Shown here in pieces: positions 49,522 to 63,198 of a stretch of DNA of 64,000 bases. Numbering within the stretch: position 1 is the stretch's first letter; each line of letters starts with the position of its first letter. The translations under genes were made by a program, and so were the position numbers. The notes beneath the pieces are model-generated. The model was not told the origin of the DNA. It did not search any database and saw only the letters and a list, made by a program, of their open reading frames with translations. This DNA is from Chrysomallon squamiferum (taxonomy: Eukaryota; Animalia; Mollusca): positions 13,144,001 through 13,208,000 of the forward strand of contig CM022669.1 of assembly GCA_012295275.1 (NCBI GenBank), written 5' to 3'.

Positions 49522-49864
49522 TAGCGTCCCAGTTCATTTTGTTCATGGCTCACGGTTTCCGGAATTCAAGGAAAGAAAGCTTCGTGATCATTCAAATTAT
49601 CAGCAGATCTACATGGATGAAAAAAATTTAATATTGGCCAAAACCAAATAACAGGCTGACGGTGTTATTTAAACACAGAGCACTTAAAGTTGGAGACTGG
49701 TCTGCATCAATATGTAACAAACAGGTGTTGAATTTAAGAAAAACGAAAATACTAAACTCCAACAAAAGTAAAATGTGAACGGATTTGAAATATGAGGAAG
49801 AAGTTAATCTGTTAGTTTTGGAGTATTTAATTTTCTTTTCTTTTTTTGTTTAATCTTTCCAATC

Positions 49865-51207
49865 ATGATTTCTGTTTTGGACGACTTCGATACTGAAAAT
49901 AAGACATTATTATCACCACAAACTTTTGTTTATTATGCACTGGACAGTTATCCCATTTCAATAAATTTCTTCCTAGTCAACGTCTTAACCGGGCTTATAG
50001 GTATCGCCGTAATTATTCTCAACTCTGTCGTTGTCATTACAATGATTCGTGAAAAGACGAGGCAGGACCCTAGCAATTATATTATAGCAAATATGGCTGC
50101 CAGCGACACTTTTACAGGTGCATCTGTTATCCACACGATGCTTCAAAATCTTATAAACTTCCAGAGCACGTTGGAATGCCTAATTCGACTTGGAATCGTT
50201 CATTCTTTCTTCCATTCTTCGGTGACGCACCTCCTATTTCTGACTGTAACGAGATACGTAAAGATAATGTTTCCTTTCCAGCACAGCAGATTTATTAGAA
50301 GAAGAAATGTCATAGCAGTGTCGGTTTTTTTGTGGATAGTGTCTATCCTGTACGGGTGTATGCCGTTGATGGGCATGTACAACAAGCCAAAGCCAGGAGA
50401 AGAACGCTGTCGATACGTCAGTATTATGACGAAAGAGTATCTTTTGTTGTCAGCGATTGTTGTGTTTTACCCGATCTGTTCAATGAATCTGATGTATGCT
50501 CACATTGTTATTGTTGCGAAACGACATCACAAAACTATCGCCAGTCTGCATGTTGCTGAGAGTAAACAACCCAAGAGCTACAAATTCACAAAAACAATCA
50601 TCATTATTTGTGGTGCCTATTTTTTTTGCGCCTTACCCCTGGGTAAGTTTAATCATCGTCTTCGAACACAGTGGCCAGTAAGACATATGATAACACACAC
50701 ATTCTCACACATACACGAGTATAATGAATAACTGACAATAAGGAAAGATCCTACCCATAAAAGGGTAATTAAAATAATAATAATAATAATAGTAGTAAAT
50801 TAATATTTATGACGTATTTTTGCATGTTTTAAGGTTTTATTTACAAAAATAAATAAATAAATAAATAATTAAAGTAATTTTCGTGACGTAGCTTACATTT
50901 TCTAGAAATATTATGATTATGAATCTGATTTTCTTGCCCTTAATAAATATGGAAAATAAACAATTAAAAATAAAGAACGAATGTGTATTTAACAGACATA
51001 AATGTATTACCTTCTAAAGCAGGTTTTCTGGTAATTTAGGGTTTTGGTGGGGGTTTAGTGGAAGCTGGGTAAATGGTCTGCTACGTGCAGTTATGGTTTC
51101 TCTGGAGTTATTATTATTTATTTATTTATTTTATTTTATTTTATTTATTTGGTTTATTTTATTATTATTAATTTATTTATTTTATTTTTTTTATTTGGTT
51201 TATTTTG

Positions 51208-51249
<42 letters not shown>

Positions 51250-51606
51250 TTTTTTTCTTTAATTTATTTTTTATCATAGGAAGGAGATTTTAGTATAACT
51301 AGAACAGTTTCTTCAATTGATATCTAATTCATCTGGCTCAGATATTTTTTCATACCTGACTGCCTAGCTATAAGTGTACATACATGCATTATAAGATTAT
51401 ACAGAGGAGATCCACAGCTTTAAAGCAAAGAAGTAGTGTTGCACTCATTCCAATATACAAAGGCTACATATAAACTTTACACATGCATGCATTTAGAAAG
51501 ACAAGGATTTCAATACCAAAATTTATCAGCTTCATCGACATTATAAATACAGATAACCGTCTAGAATAATTAATAAAACAATGATTTTGATCCACCATCA
51601 TAATAA

Positions 51607-51657
<51 letters not shown>

Positions 51658-52293
51658 GCATTTTCAACTTTTTTTTTTTTTTTTTTTTTTTTTAAAGCTG
51701 TCACTTTTGTGTTGATGGTAAATGGAAAATTAAATCACCTGAGTAAAAACCAGACAAGTGCCGTCTTAATGTACACAATGCTGATCGCCATCATCAATTC
51801 TCTCGTCAATCCGATCATATACGCCATAAAAATGCCGGCCGTGAACAGAGCGTTCAATCGTGTGTTTTGCCGGAAATGCTGCAGGCGCATGTGCCCCAAA
51901 CTGGTGAAGAAACTGGAGATATCGTACGACTACAGTTCCGGTTCGGCGCAGACAAGATCGAACGTTCGTTTGTCTCACGACAGAGGCCACCTGGCCGCAG
52001 AGTCAGCAACTTCTTTGGCAATGCAGAAAAGAAGTACCACTGACGCGACAGAGGAAAGAATACCCACATCGTTCAGCCAGGGCAGTGTACGCCCACGCAC
52101 GAGTAGGGATAGTTTACAACTATCTACGAGTAGGGAGAGTTTACATCCATCTACGAGTAGGGAGAGTTTACATCATCAAGTTAGTAAGGATAATTTACAC
52201 CCATCTCCGAGCACGGATAGCTTACACCCATCCGCCATTATGCATGATGATGATACACAGCCGTCTTCGATTAATGAAAGTTCAGCTATGTGA
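49865..52293 (+). CDS. Class A GPCR, array copy 7 (TRY, repeat-containing C-tail), join(49865..50642,51698..52293), 457 aa
   Basis: NMAASD, LTVTRY, FCALP and NPIIY motifs. Donor G|GTAAGT at 50643 and acceptor (t)n-aaag| at 51697 join in frame with the 51709 ORF. Confidence 0.92.
52093..52233 (+). repeat. Coding 27-bp (9-aa) tandem repeat, five copies, in the GPCR7 C-tail
   Basis: Translates as PRTSRDSLQ-LSTSRESLH-PSTSRESLH-HQVSKDNLH-PSPSTDSLH-PS. Confidence 0.9.
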
Positions 52294-52403
52294 CGTTCTT
52301 ATACACCATGACGGTTGCTAAAGCATTTCTTTTATTTTTATAATGTTTTAAATGTCTTGGAAAGAGTATTAGTTTACACTGACAGATTAATAATAATAAT
52401 AAC

Positions 52404-52434
<31 letters not shown>

Positions 52435-52620
52435 TTAAATAATAATAATAATAAGCAATGATGATGGCATAAATAAATAAATAAATAAATAAAGATGATA
52501 ATCTCGGCTTTTCTTTTCTTTACGGTTATATAACTGCTAAGCCTAATTTGTCAAAAGTTGTTTAATTTGGGTTATTTTTAATTATTATTTGCTTCGATTT
52601 TCTTATTCTTTTTCTTCTTT

Positions 52621-52668
<48 letters not shown>

Positions 52669-53521
52669 TTAATTATTATTATTTTGTTTATTTATTTAAC
52701 TCTTTAGGTGTTGAGGATTGCGTATTACCTGTTTTCTTTTCAAACAAATTTGTACAAATTAAAGATATTAAATTAACTTGCAGCTTATAATTAAACATCA
52801 AACAGTTACAGAATTTTAAAGCGATGGACACATAATATTCTGTGTTAATAAAAAGTGGCACTCAACATCATTACAGACATCTCATCAAGTAATTATTAAC
52901 GGATTGTCAAATACATTATCTTCATTGTATTATGATTATTGATTATTGTAATTATTGTAAAAGGTATTTACAAAGGTCGCTTATTCAACAGAAAATTCCC
53001 ATCTATGTCGACATGAAATGTAGATACTGGGTTTTTTGTTATTGTTTAAAGAAAAAAAAGAAAAAGAATGAAATAAATAAAATAAAATATTTATTGAAAA
53101 ATATATACACATTTTATAAAGTTCATATAAAGTTCTAATAAAGAAAAAAATGAGAATTCACTGAATGAAACCTTTGTGTTCGTCGTTCTTCACCGTTGTT
53201 CCATTTTCTGCACATTTCAGGGTTTCTTTAGTAAGTTAGTTTTTGTAAAATTAAAAAGGTACAGACTGTCGACTGCGCACCTCGGCAGACTTCACATATC
53301 CTTGTTATTGAGCTCGGTATTTCTTCTTACAACAGTTCGCAGATATCTTTTCTTCTGCAGATGATTCTGAAACCACTTTTCAGATTACGAATAACTGGCT
53401 GGTATATTGATCATGTTGTTTCCTCCCCAAAATGGTAATTTCGAATACTTTCGTGATTTTCCGTTATTGCCCATTTAAGAATTACTTCCCTTTTTTAATA
53501 TCGCAGAAACCAAACAGTCGA

Positions 53522-53575
<54 letters not shown>

Positions 53576-54130
53576 GTGGATGATGTGTTAGAAAATTTTC
53601 ATTTGACGAGATTTCTAAATTTATAGGTTTATCCTAGATTACTGCTACGTACATTTATTCTTTGAAAATTCAGTGATATATGTAAATTCCAAAGATAACA
53701 AGTGAAAAAAAAAAAAAAAAATGTATGCATAAAATGAAAAGTAAACAAAACCAAAACTGATGAATTCGCAACATAATAACGGTAATTCTTAAACTGATGA
53801 ACGGTTCACACCCTGGGGAAGGAAATTAACTGGGAATGAATAAAACTTGAAATGAAAATTAGCATAACCAAACGTAAATTGGTGCACGAATCAAAATGTT
53901 TTAATGTGTGATAGACTCAAGGGTGCCAGATTTGAAAGAAAACTAAATAGACCTAAAATACTACAGATATGAATTAATATTCACAATAGAAAACTATTTA
54001 CCGTTTATTACCTCCTAATGTACGACAAGACTTAAAATTATTTTGGTAACATCACATTGTTTGGTTTTTCGTTTTAGATATTGTAAAGTCTTATGATTAA
54101 TGTTCATATTTTTCTTTAATTTTATTTAAA

Positions 54131-54167
<37 letters not shown>

Positions 54168-57100
54168 ACTTTTATTTGGAACAAATCTTCCACAGTTTAA
54201 TGGTGGCACAGTAGATAACTTCACTTAGCCAGAAGACAAAGTTTTACAAGTGACAAACTTCCCATGTGCTACTGTTTATAACAGGTATTATCTTAACAGA
54301 TATACATTCAGTTCAGCTTCAGTTATAAAAAAAAAAACATGCTGTGTCAACAAATGTAAGACAGAATATTTAATGCATTCCAGTAAAAAAGGTATACATG
54401 ATATCAAACCGTGGTTTGGGCCCATATAGATAACAAGGTGGGAAATCCTTCATTTCCAGCAGGGTACTGGTGGGTTTTTCTTCTTTCCATCTGCAATGAG
54501 GGTTTTGGGGGGGGGTTCTTTTATTCATATACTTACTTACAACATTTATTTTATTATTATTTTTTTTTTTTTTTATCTTATACCTTACATGGAAAGGAAA
54601 GCTCAGACAATGGGTTTTGTGAAACATAGGCTAGATTGGGAAATAGGATATTACGAGCATTAAGGAGGACTGGAACTGCTGCATTGACAACTTAGATTTA
54701 TCACCAAGACACATCAAGTGAACAAACAAGCTGCTAAGGTGTAATTTTCTACAAATTTATTTACACAAAGTCATGTAATAGGAAAATAATCTATATGCCA
54801 ACTGCCGAGAAATGTACAACGTTGTAAAAATAAAAATCTCAAAAATAATTATTACTATTTAATGTCTATGAGTCATATAATTTAAACAACTTATCACAAT
54901 TATCAATTAAATAGTAGTTTGTTTTTTTCTTTTTAAAGTTTTATTTATTTACACAACGATAACATTTAACATAGTGATAAAATATTCTTTTCAACCAGTG
55001 AACATACATCGTTTTATTTCTATTTTGAAACTTTTGATTGAATACTTCTTAAATTTAAAATTTAAAAATAAATAATGAAATGAATAAAAAATATTATGAT
55101 ATGTTAATTATTCTAAATCCTTGAACAAACCGTTTATCCTGCCAAATTGTATATATATCTAACAAACAAAAAAATGATCTAACTTTCAGATGAACTGTAT
55201 TTATAACTTGTTATTCTCCAACCAGAATACTTACCAAATATGCAATTCTTTGAGAAAAAAAACAAATTATGTGCATAAATATGAAAAACAAATCCCCCAT
55301 CTTAAATAGTAAAATAATAATGAACAAAATGATGCACTGAACTAGATACACTCAATGACCTTCATTTATTCCAACAATGGTAACAAGTCTGTATAAAAAA
55401 ATATATATAGTTTTACTTTTTAATTTTCAAATCATAAAACCCATCCCTGAGAAAACTCCGATTTAAATAAAAGTAAAAATATTTATAAGCAAACAAAACA
55501 ATGAAGTAACTGCAACTGTTAACACCAATGCTATGGAAATTGTACCCCCTTACTACAACAAGGTATAATTTTGTTACTGTATGTAATAATTAAGGATCCA
55601 AAACAAGTCCGGAACAAAAAGCAAATTCTTGGGACATTTTGATAATAAATAACTTGAATAGAGGTTGACCTGCTGCAAAGAACAAAATTAGTTATTGAGT
55701 GTCAGATGTTGCAGATAGTATGATAACCAAAAATATTGAAGAAAGAAAAATGATCGTCAAAACAATCTTGGTACAAAATAAAAAATTAGTGGGATATTTT
55801 AACAGCAAACAACCCTAACTAGGAATACATTATAAAACACAAAATATTATGTTTGAAAACAACAGAGATACATCAGTGCTAGTTACACACCAATCATTTG
55901 AAATAACAGCCTGGAAAAGATGTAAACCAGTTATAAACAAAGAAACCAGTTTCAGAATAAACTTAGTTCAGTATAACTGAAAGAATTAATTTTGAATAAA
56001 AACAATTTTTGGAGACAATTTGATAATAAATAAAGAAATTAGCAGCACAGCATTGAATAAAGGACAGTTGAGTTCAAGATACAACTGACTTGGAACAACA
56101 ACAGTTACGTAACTAAATTAAGAACAGACTAACTTCAAGGAATGAATTTAAACATCTGAAAGGATCAAGTTCAATAAATAAATACATAGTTTATATATAT
56201 ATTTCAGCATCAAAACTATTCAGAACAACAAATTCAAGGTATAAGCAGACACAGAACTTATATAATTCAAAGAACATTGCATTCAAGAAATAATCTGATA
56301 TAAATGTACTAATGATACAAGAATGAAAACAAATTACCAACAAGAACAAATTCAGTGATAAATTAACAACAATAATCTGGTTAGATGCATTTACAAAAAC
56401 AAGACAGATAAAAAACAAACATTTTCAGGAAGCCATCTCTGTCCATGTTTTTAATGTCTTTAGTCAATAAAACAGTTTGAAGTTTATCTTGGAATACAGT
56501 GATGTGGATGAAACCACAAGAGTTCTAAGAACTTTCATTTTCATTTACAACAATTAAAATAATAAAACAAGTTGATTATGAAGAAGTAAGAAGGATGGAA
56601 GTTTTTGCTTTTAAGTGTTTATAAATATCAACTTTCCAAAACTTTTCTTCTGAGGTTTCAGAAATTTCAGAACATCTTGCAAAACATCTAATTCATAATT
56701 ATTAACAGATAAATAAGGTTAATTTTTAAATGTTTATAAATACTTCAAACATTTGTGATTTTCTGTTAAGGCAAGAACTTGAGTTATCTCAAAACATGAT
56801 CTCATTTTTGACAAAACAGAAAAATGTGAACAAAAGTGATTTAACTATGTGACAATAACAAATAATTTAACTGTGCACAAGTTTTATGAAAACATGATTT
56901 AATAACAACAACAAAGACATTCACAAAAAAATCAAACACAAAACTTACAATAAACAATAAAAATCTGTGATTAATGTAAAACAGATATATTCAAGTTTGG
57001 TAATGCATTTGTCCTTGTATGAAAAATGAAAACTCCAGTGGTCAGTATGTTTTTCCTGTGCAGTTACTATTACCATTATGAGATTATACCTTTCAATTTC

Positions 57101-57691
57101 CATGACATTTTTGTGATCCCCCAAAAATGGTTATATGAATATTTGAAAATTAATGCCTCTTGGGGAAAAAAAAAAAAACGTGATTCCTCTGCTTAAAGCT
57201 ATCATAAGGATATGAAACCTGAATGAGACTATTCAAGTTTCACACACAAAATGAATTTATGTAGAGATGAGGTGTATAATGATTCAGTATATTAATTACT
57301 TATCTCTATATATATTTATATATGCAGTCAATTAACAAAACAAAAAAAAATAATATGTATGTGTGTGTAATAACAAATAAATAAATGAAATAACAACAAA
57401 AAATTTGATTTTCTTTTTGATTTCATTTTTCTACTATACCTTCCAAATTGGGGGGGGGGGGGAAAGACCAACAACATCAAAAGAAATTAACTGTATCAAA
57501 TGAAAGTGAAAAAAATCTTTAATAAATTTAATTCTTTTTCATTTCATTATTTTTCTATTATTTATTTAATTTTAAAATAAATAATTATCTAAACTAAAGC
57601 ACTCTACGGTAATCTGAAATAAATCAATTTTTCTTTTAAACCACAAACAGGACCCTGAAAGGATTGTTGTTTCTTAAGTCTAAAATAAACT

Positions 57692-57722
<31 letters not shown>

Positions 57723-57781
57723 TGTGCCTTTGGGTGTAATTAAGGCCTTATATTTTATCAAATAAAGATGATCTTATTTTG

Positions 57782-57817
<36 letters not shown>

Positions 57818-57924
57818 AAGAAAATTATGCTATTTTTTTTCTTGCAACATGACAGTCTGATTTCAGCTTCAGCAAATCCTGGCATGGACTTACTGTATGT
57901 GTTAACATGGTCTGAGAGAGTTTT

Positions 57925-59116
57925 TCAATTATCAGAATAAAAAGCTTCGATGGTTTTAGCATACATCTTGCTTACTATGGGTCTTCTAACTTTCATTGTT
58001 GGTCCTGAAATTACATCAAAATGACAAAAATGTATTAAATGAACAACTACGAATTTTTTCATAACAACAACAAAAACAACAATAATCATAAAAACACAGA
58101 AATAAAAATTGTGAATATGTTTATAGATGTGTATGTATGGATGTCTGTTCTGGCCTTGTCCTCTATTAGAAGCAATGGATATTTTAACTGCACTTATCCA
58201 GTAGCCATAAATTTTAAACCTGAAATTTTTATAAATGAGAAACAGGATACTAAGAAGGATAAATACACATACAAACAAACAAACAAACATGCACATCTGT
58301 ATCTATAATAACCTTTATACACAGGTAAGGCAATACATGTTACGTTTCAGTACAGAACTCACCTAGCTCTCCCCCAGGTATTGAGAAGTCTTTTGGCAAG
58401 ATTGTCCACTTCTGAACTTTAGCAGCTCTGGAGACTGACTGCTGGTTGGCTTTGTCGACACCACTCTGTATCGCCTTCAGCACGTTGATGTCCTGCTTGA
58501 CAATGATCTCTGACACCGTAGTTGCTTTGCTGCCGACTGAGCGACACCATTCCTGTGCAGGCTTAGTCAGGATGTCCTTCGGCTCCATTGTGTTTAAATC
58601 TACCTCTGTCTGTCGACATAAAACAAATTATGATGTCATGACCATTTGCAGAACTAATTAGCAAATTTACTCAGACACACACACACACACACACACGGAC
58701 ACACAAACATAAAACTTATAGGAAGCCAATCCAGGTTTCTGAAGCATCTTTTCAAGACCAACTTGCTTTTTAATCTTTTTTTTTTTTTTTTTTTATATAT
58801 CAGTAAAACTGGGCAAATCAAGAAATAGAAAAAAAAATGGTTTCTTTTTTGATGAAATTGTATTAAAACAGTGCACAGGAAAATGATTTTTGTATTACTT
58901 TCATGCATATCACATGAAAGTAAGATAAAAAAAATAATTTCTCAACCTTAAGTGTAATGAGCATGGAGAGAAATTTTTTCTTGTCTCCTATCAACATGCA
59001 ATGGCTCACACAGGGCAGGGCCTCCTTCACTGCATCTTCTATAGGCACAGGAGCTATGTTTTCACCTCCTGCAGTTATTATTAATTCTAAAAGAAAGAAA
59101 GAAACAAATACAATAC

Positions 59117-59167
<51 letters not shown>

Positions 59168-62100
59168 CTCTGTTGTTTATTCTTTTTTTTTAACTTTAGA
59201 ATTCTGTGATAACTGAAATATTTTCATCATTTTTTAAACAGTTAAGTTTAAAATATCAATAAAAGAAAAATGTAATTTTTATTTTATTTTTTTTAAATAA
59301 ACATAATCAGAAAAATACATATTGTATGAAATCTCAAGTTTAAGGTTAAATAAAATCAAAACATTGTTTCTCACCTTTTATCCGGCCTGTTATGTACAGG
59401 AAGCCGTCTTTGTCCATGCGTCCAATGTCACCAGTCAGTAGATATCCTTCACTGTCAAATGTCTCTCTTGTCTTTGCTTCCTCTTCCAGGTAACCCATGA
59501 ATACATGTCGTCCATACATGCACACCTGGAAAACAATTTATTTATCACTAAAAGCATTACCTTTATTATTAGATTATATCTAATTTATACTCAGGTGTTA
59601 CTTTAGCATGAACAGAATGTAGAATGTAGAATGTAGAATGTATAAATTAAAAAAATAAAAAAATAAAAAAATAAATTAGGACATACCCGCAACTCCCAAA
59701 ACACACAAACATCATGAAAGATACAATTATTTAAAAATTGAAATATACATGCCTCATCTGTATATTTAGATACCTACCAACCCTCCCCACATAATGCACT
59801 CCTTCATACACAAAGACACACACACACACACACACACACACATCCAAACCCATACCAACACAAACCACTGGTAAAAACACTCAAATATACCTCTCCATTA
59901 CCATCCTCATCTGGGTTAGCAAATTTTGTAAACACTCCAGGAACTGAGAAACCAACACTAGTCACTCGATTCCCTGACCCAGGTCGACAAAATGTGTGAG
60001 GTCCTGTGTAACAATAAATATTCAAATTAGTCACTAGAATGCAAGATTATAGAAATAATTACTGAAACCAACATATTTTAATAAGCAAATATATATAATC
60101 AATTACTTGATATTCAGTAAAAATAATAACAGCAACAACATTATATATATTTATTTATGTCACTATCATGAATATCTACAGTTATAAAGAATTCACGAAA
60201 ACACCCTGACATAATGAGTTTAGCAAAAAGTCATGGAAGACTAAGTGGTTATTGACACATTCACAAATGAGTCCTAAAATAAAAAATAAAAATAAAAAAA
60301 ATGTATTGGTTTTATATTTCATACATATTTTGAATCAGAAACTGGGTAAAGATGATAAGTGAATTAGTTTGTTCACATCCATTAATGATAAACAATGGTC
60401 AGCAAAATAAACATGTTGTGTTACTATCAAGGTAAATAATTTACCTGTCGATTCACTCATTCCGTATATGTCCTGTATCATGATGTTCAGACTGAGAAAG
60501 TAGTCAACAGTGTCTTTAGTGATGGGTGCTGCTCCAGTCAGAAAGAATTTGCATCGATCAAAACCAAGAGCTTGTCGTACCTTCTTGAAAACCAGGGCAT
60601 TAGCAATACCCCAGCATAGAGGGTAACCATTTCTGAAAAATATATCAAATTACCCAAGTGAAATAAAAAAAGAATTCTGGCATAGTGTAACCATTTCTGA
60701 ACATATATATCAAAATACCCAAGTGAAAAAAAATTAAATTAAAAAACCATGTATACTGTGTAACCATTTCTGAAAAAAATGTTATAAAAAAAGAAAAAAT
60801 GTTTTAAAATTAAATTAAAAAATATTGAAAAAATTAGAATGTGTTTTCTTTTAAATTCTCACATACTCGGTAACTATTTCTGAAAAATAGTCAACTTAAA
60901 ATAATCGGATCCTAACATTTCTAACTTTCCAAGAGAAAATGGATTTTTCGTGTGTGATTCTAAAAATTAATATACTATATCATAAATAATAAGTGTCATC
61001 TATAAAATTAAATCTACAAGTCTAATAACAAAATAAAAAAGAAATAATAATGAAATTGAAAGATAATGAAATAGCTTGAAAAATTTATAAACAATACAAG
61101 AAAAACTTAAATAATATAAGATGTACAATAACAAGCAGTAAAATCCTTGCTATAGAACAAAAATGATGTCTTCTTTAATAAGCTTCAACATAACTAAATT
61201 AATGTCATAAATATTAACTGCAGTTATGCAGTCAGCTATCAAAATCAAGAAAGAATTCAAAACCAATTATTTCCATATTTATTTTCTGGGTTTTATTTTG
61301 GCTTTTCTTTTCAGTTTTCTTTTTCTTTTTTCAGTTTTTTAAAGCTTTGCATGTACATTTAGTTTAATCTGAATACATTAAAGTTTATCTTAAAAATAAA
61401 CTCTGTAAATTGTTTATAATCTTTGTTTTTGAGGAATTTCATATAAATGAAAGTTGTAACTGCACTGGACTTGTATGAAAAAAAAATTAACATTAGAACT
61501 TCCAGCAATAAATAAAATATTGTGTTTTTAAAAAAATATGATTCTAACAGTGGATCACAAAATCACAACATATAAAAAGAAAATAGGAAGGGTTGAAACT
61601 TGTATTATATGTAAATTATTCAGTTTCAAAGTTTCACTCACTCACATAATACACATAGGCATACAGATTAATTTTACTATTATAATTACTGTTATTGCTA
61701 TTATTATTATTATTACTATAATTATTATTATTTTTATTATTATCATCATCATCATCATCACTTATTAATGCTATGGATTTTGAAAACATAATAAAACAAG
61801 GGTTGCTTTCTGTAACAACAGCTTTCTGTAATAAATTGAAATATTTTAAGCTATATCACTGAGAAATATTTTATTTGAATACAATGAAGCAATATCTAAA
61901 GCAATGAAAGTGTTAAATTTAAAATAATGAATATAATTAGAAGAAAAAAAAAATTTGCTACAACATATAGTTAAAATAAATAAATAAATAAATAAATTTA
62001 CAAAAAAGAGAAACAGGTAAACCAATTTGTAATAACTGAAAATTAAGCCATGCTTTGAGAAAATGAATATAAGAAAAAAAAAAAAAAAATGAAAAACAAG

Positions 62101-63150
62101 AAATTACCGATGGAGACATTTCTCTTGCTTTGAAGTACTAAGACAAAAATGACAAAGTAAAGCATCAATTCCGACTACTATTAATTGAATTTTAATCTTT
62201 TTATTAATCAATTATAGAGCCATAAGAATTCAGTTTAAAATTATAATTATTATTACAACATGGATGGATGGATGGATGTAGGTATGTATATCTATTCTTC
62301 CAATATGCATACATATACCAGCAAAAACCAGACATTAATAAATGAACCTACATCAACATTTACCTAAAGCTATTAATGCAGTTTAAGGACATAACAAATT
62401 TAAAAAGTTAGTTTTGTCACTGCCTAATTACTTAGATTTAAGGGCACTCATATACATAAAAGTCATGATAGCTAAAAAATAATATATAAAGAAACAATGA
62501 AAAAAAAGGTAGATGATTAATTCTGTAATGAGTAATTGTTATTCTAATTCCTTATTAACACATTGATCTAAAAGCAAATAGGAGAGAGAAAAAAAAGAAA
62601 ATTCTATATCTATGTCACACTTCGTAAAGCACCATTTCAAGAATTAAACAAATTAAAATCCAAAAAAAAAAAAAAAAGATAAGAAAAAAAATTTTACATT
62701 TAAATTTTCTTAAATCATGTAAATGATTCAAGTTTTATGAAGATGTACTCACAGCAACACTAAAAGTTTATAAAATAAAAAAAACTTTTTTTTTTTTGGT
62801 GATCATTAACTCAAACAGGTCTGAATATCTTCCTTTCTGCTCCCATCATCAAAACACTTTGATCAAACTAGACAATAATAAATTATAAAAAAAGAGATAA
62901 ATAAAACGATTCTTACCCCTCCATGACATTGTAGTTTCCTCTGAGGCCAGTGCTTTTTGCCCAGGCGGCGATCTTCTTCTTCAGTCCAGAGTTGTTGCGA
63001 CCAACTTCAATCATCTTCTCCATCATTTTCTCCCACACCCGGGGAACTCCAAAAAAAGCAGTCGGTCGAACTTCTCTTAGAGTTACTGAAAGTGTGCCCT
63101 GGAAAAACAGATGCAGTCATTGTAGTTTTTGCAGATATTAAACACTATTG

Positions 63151-63198
<48 letters not shown>

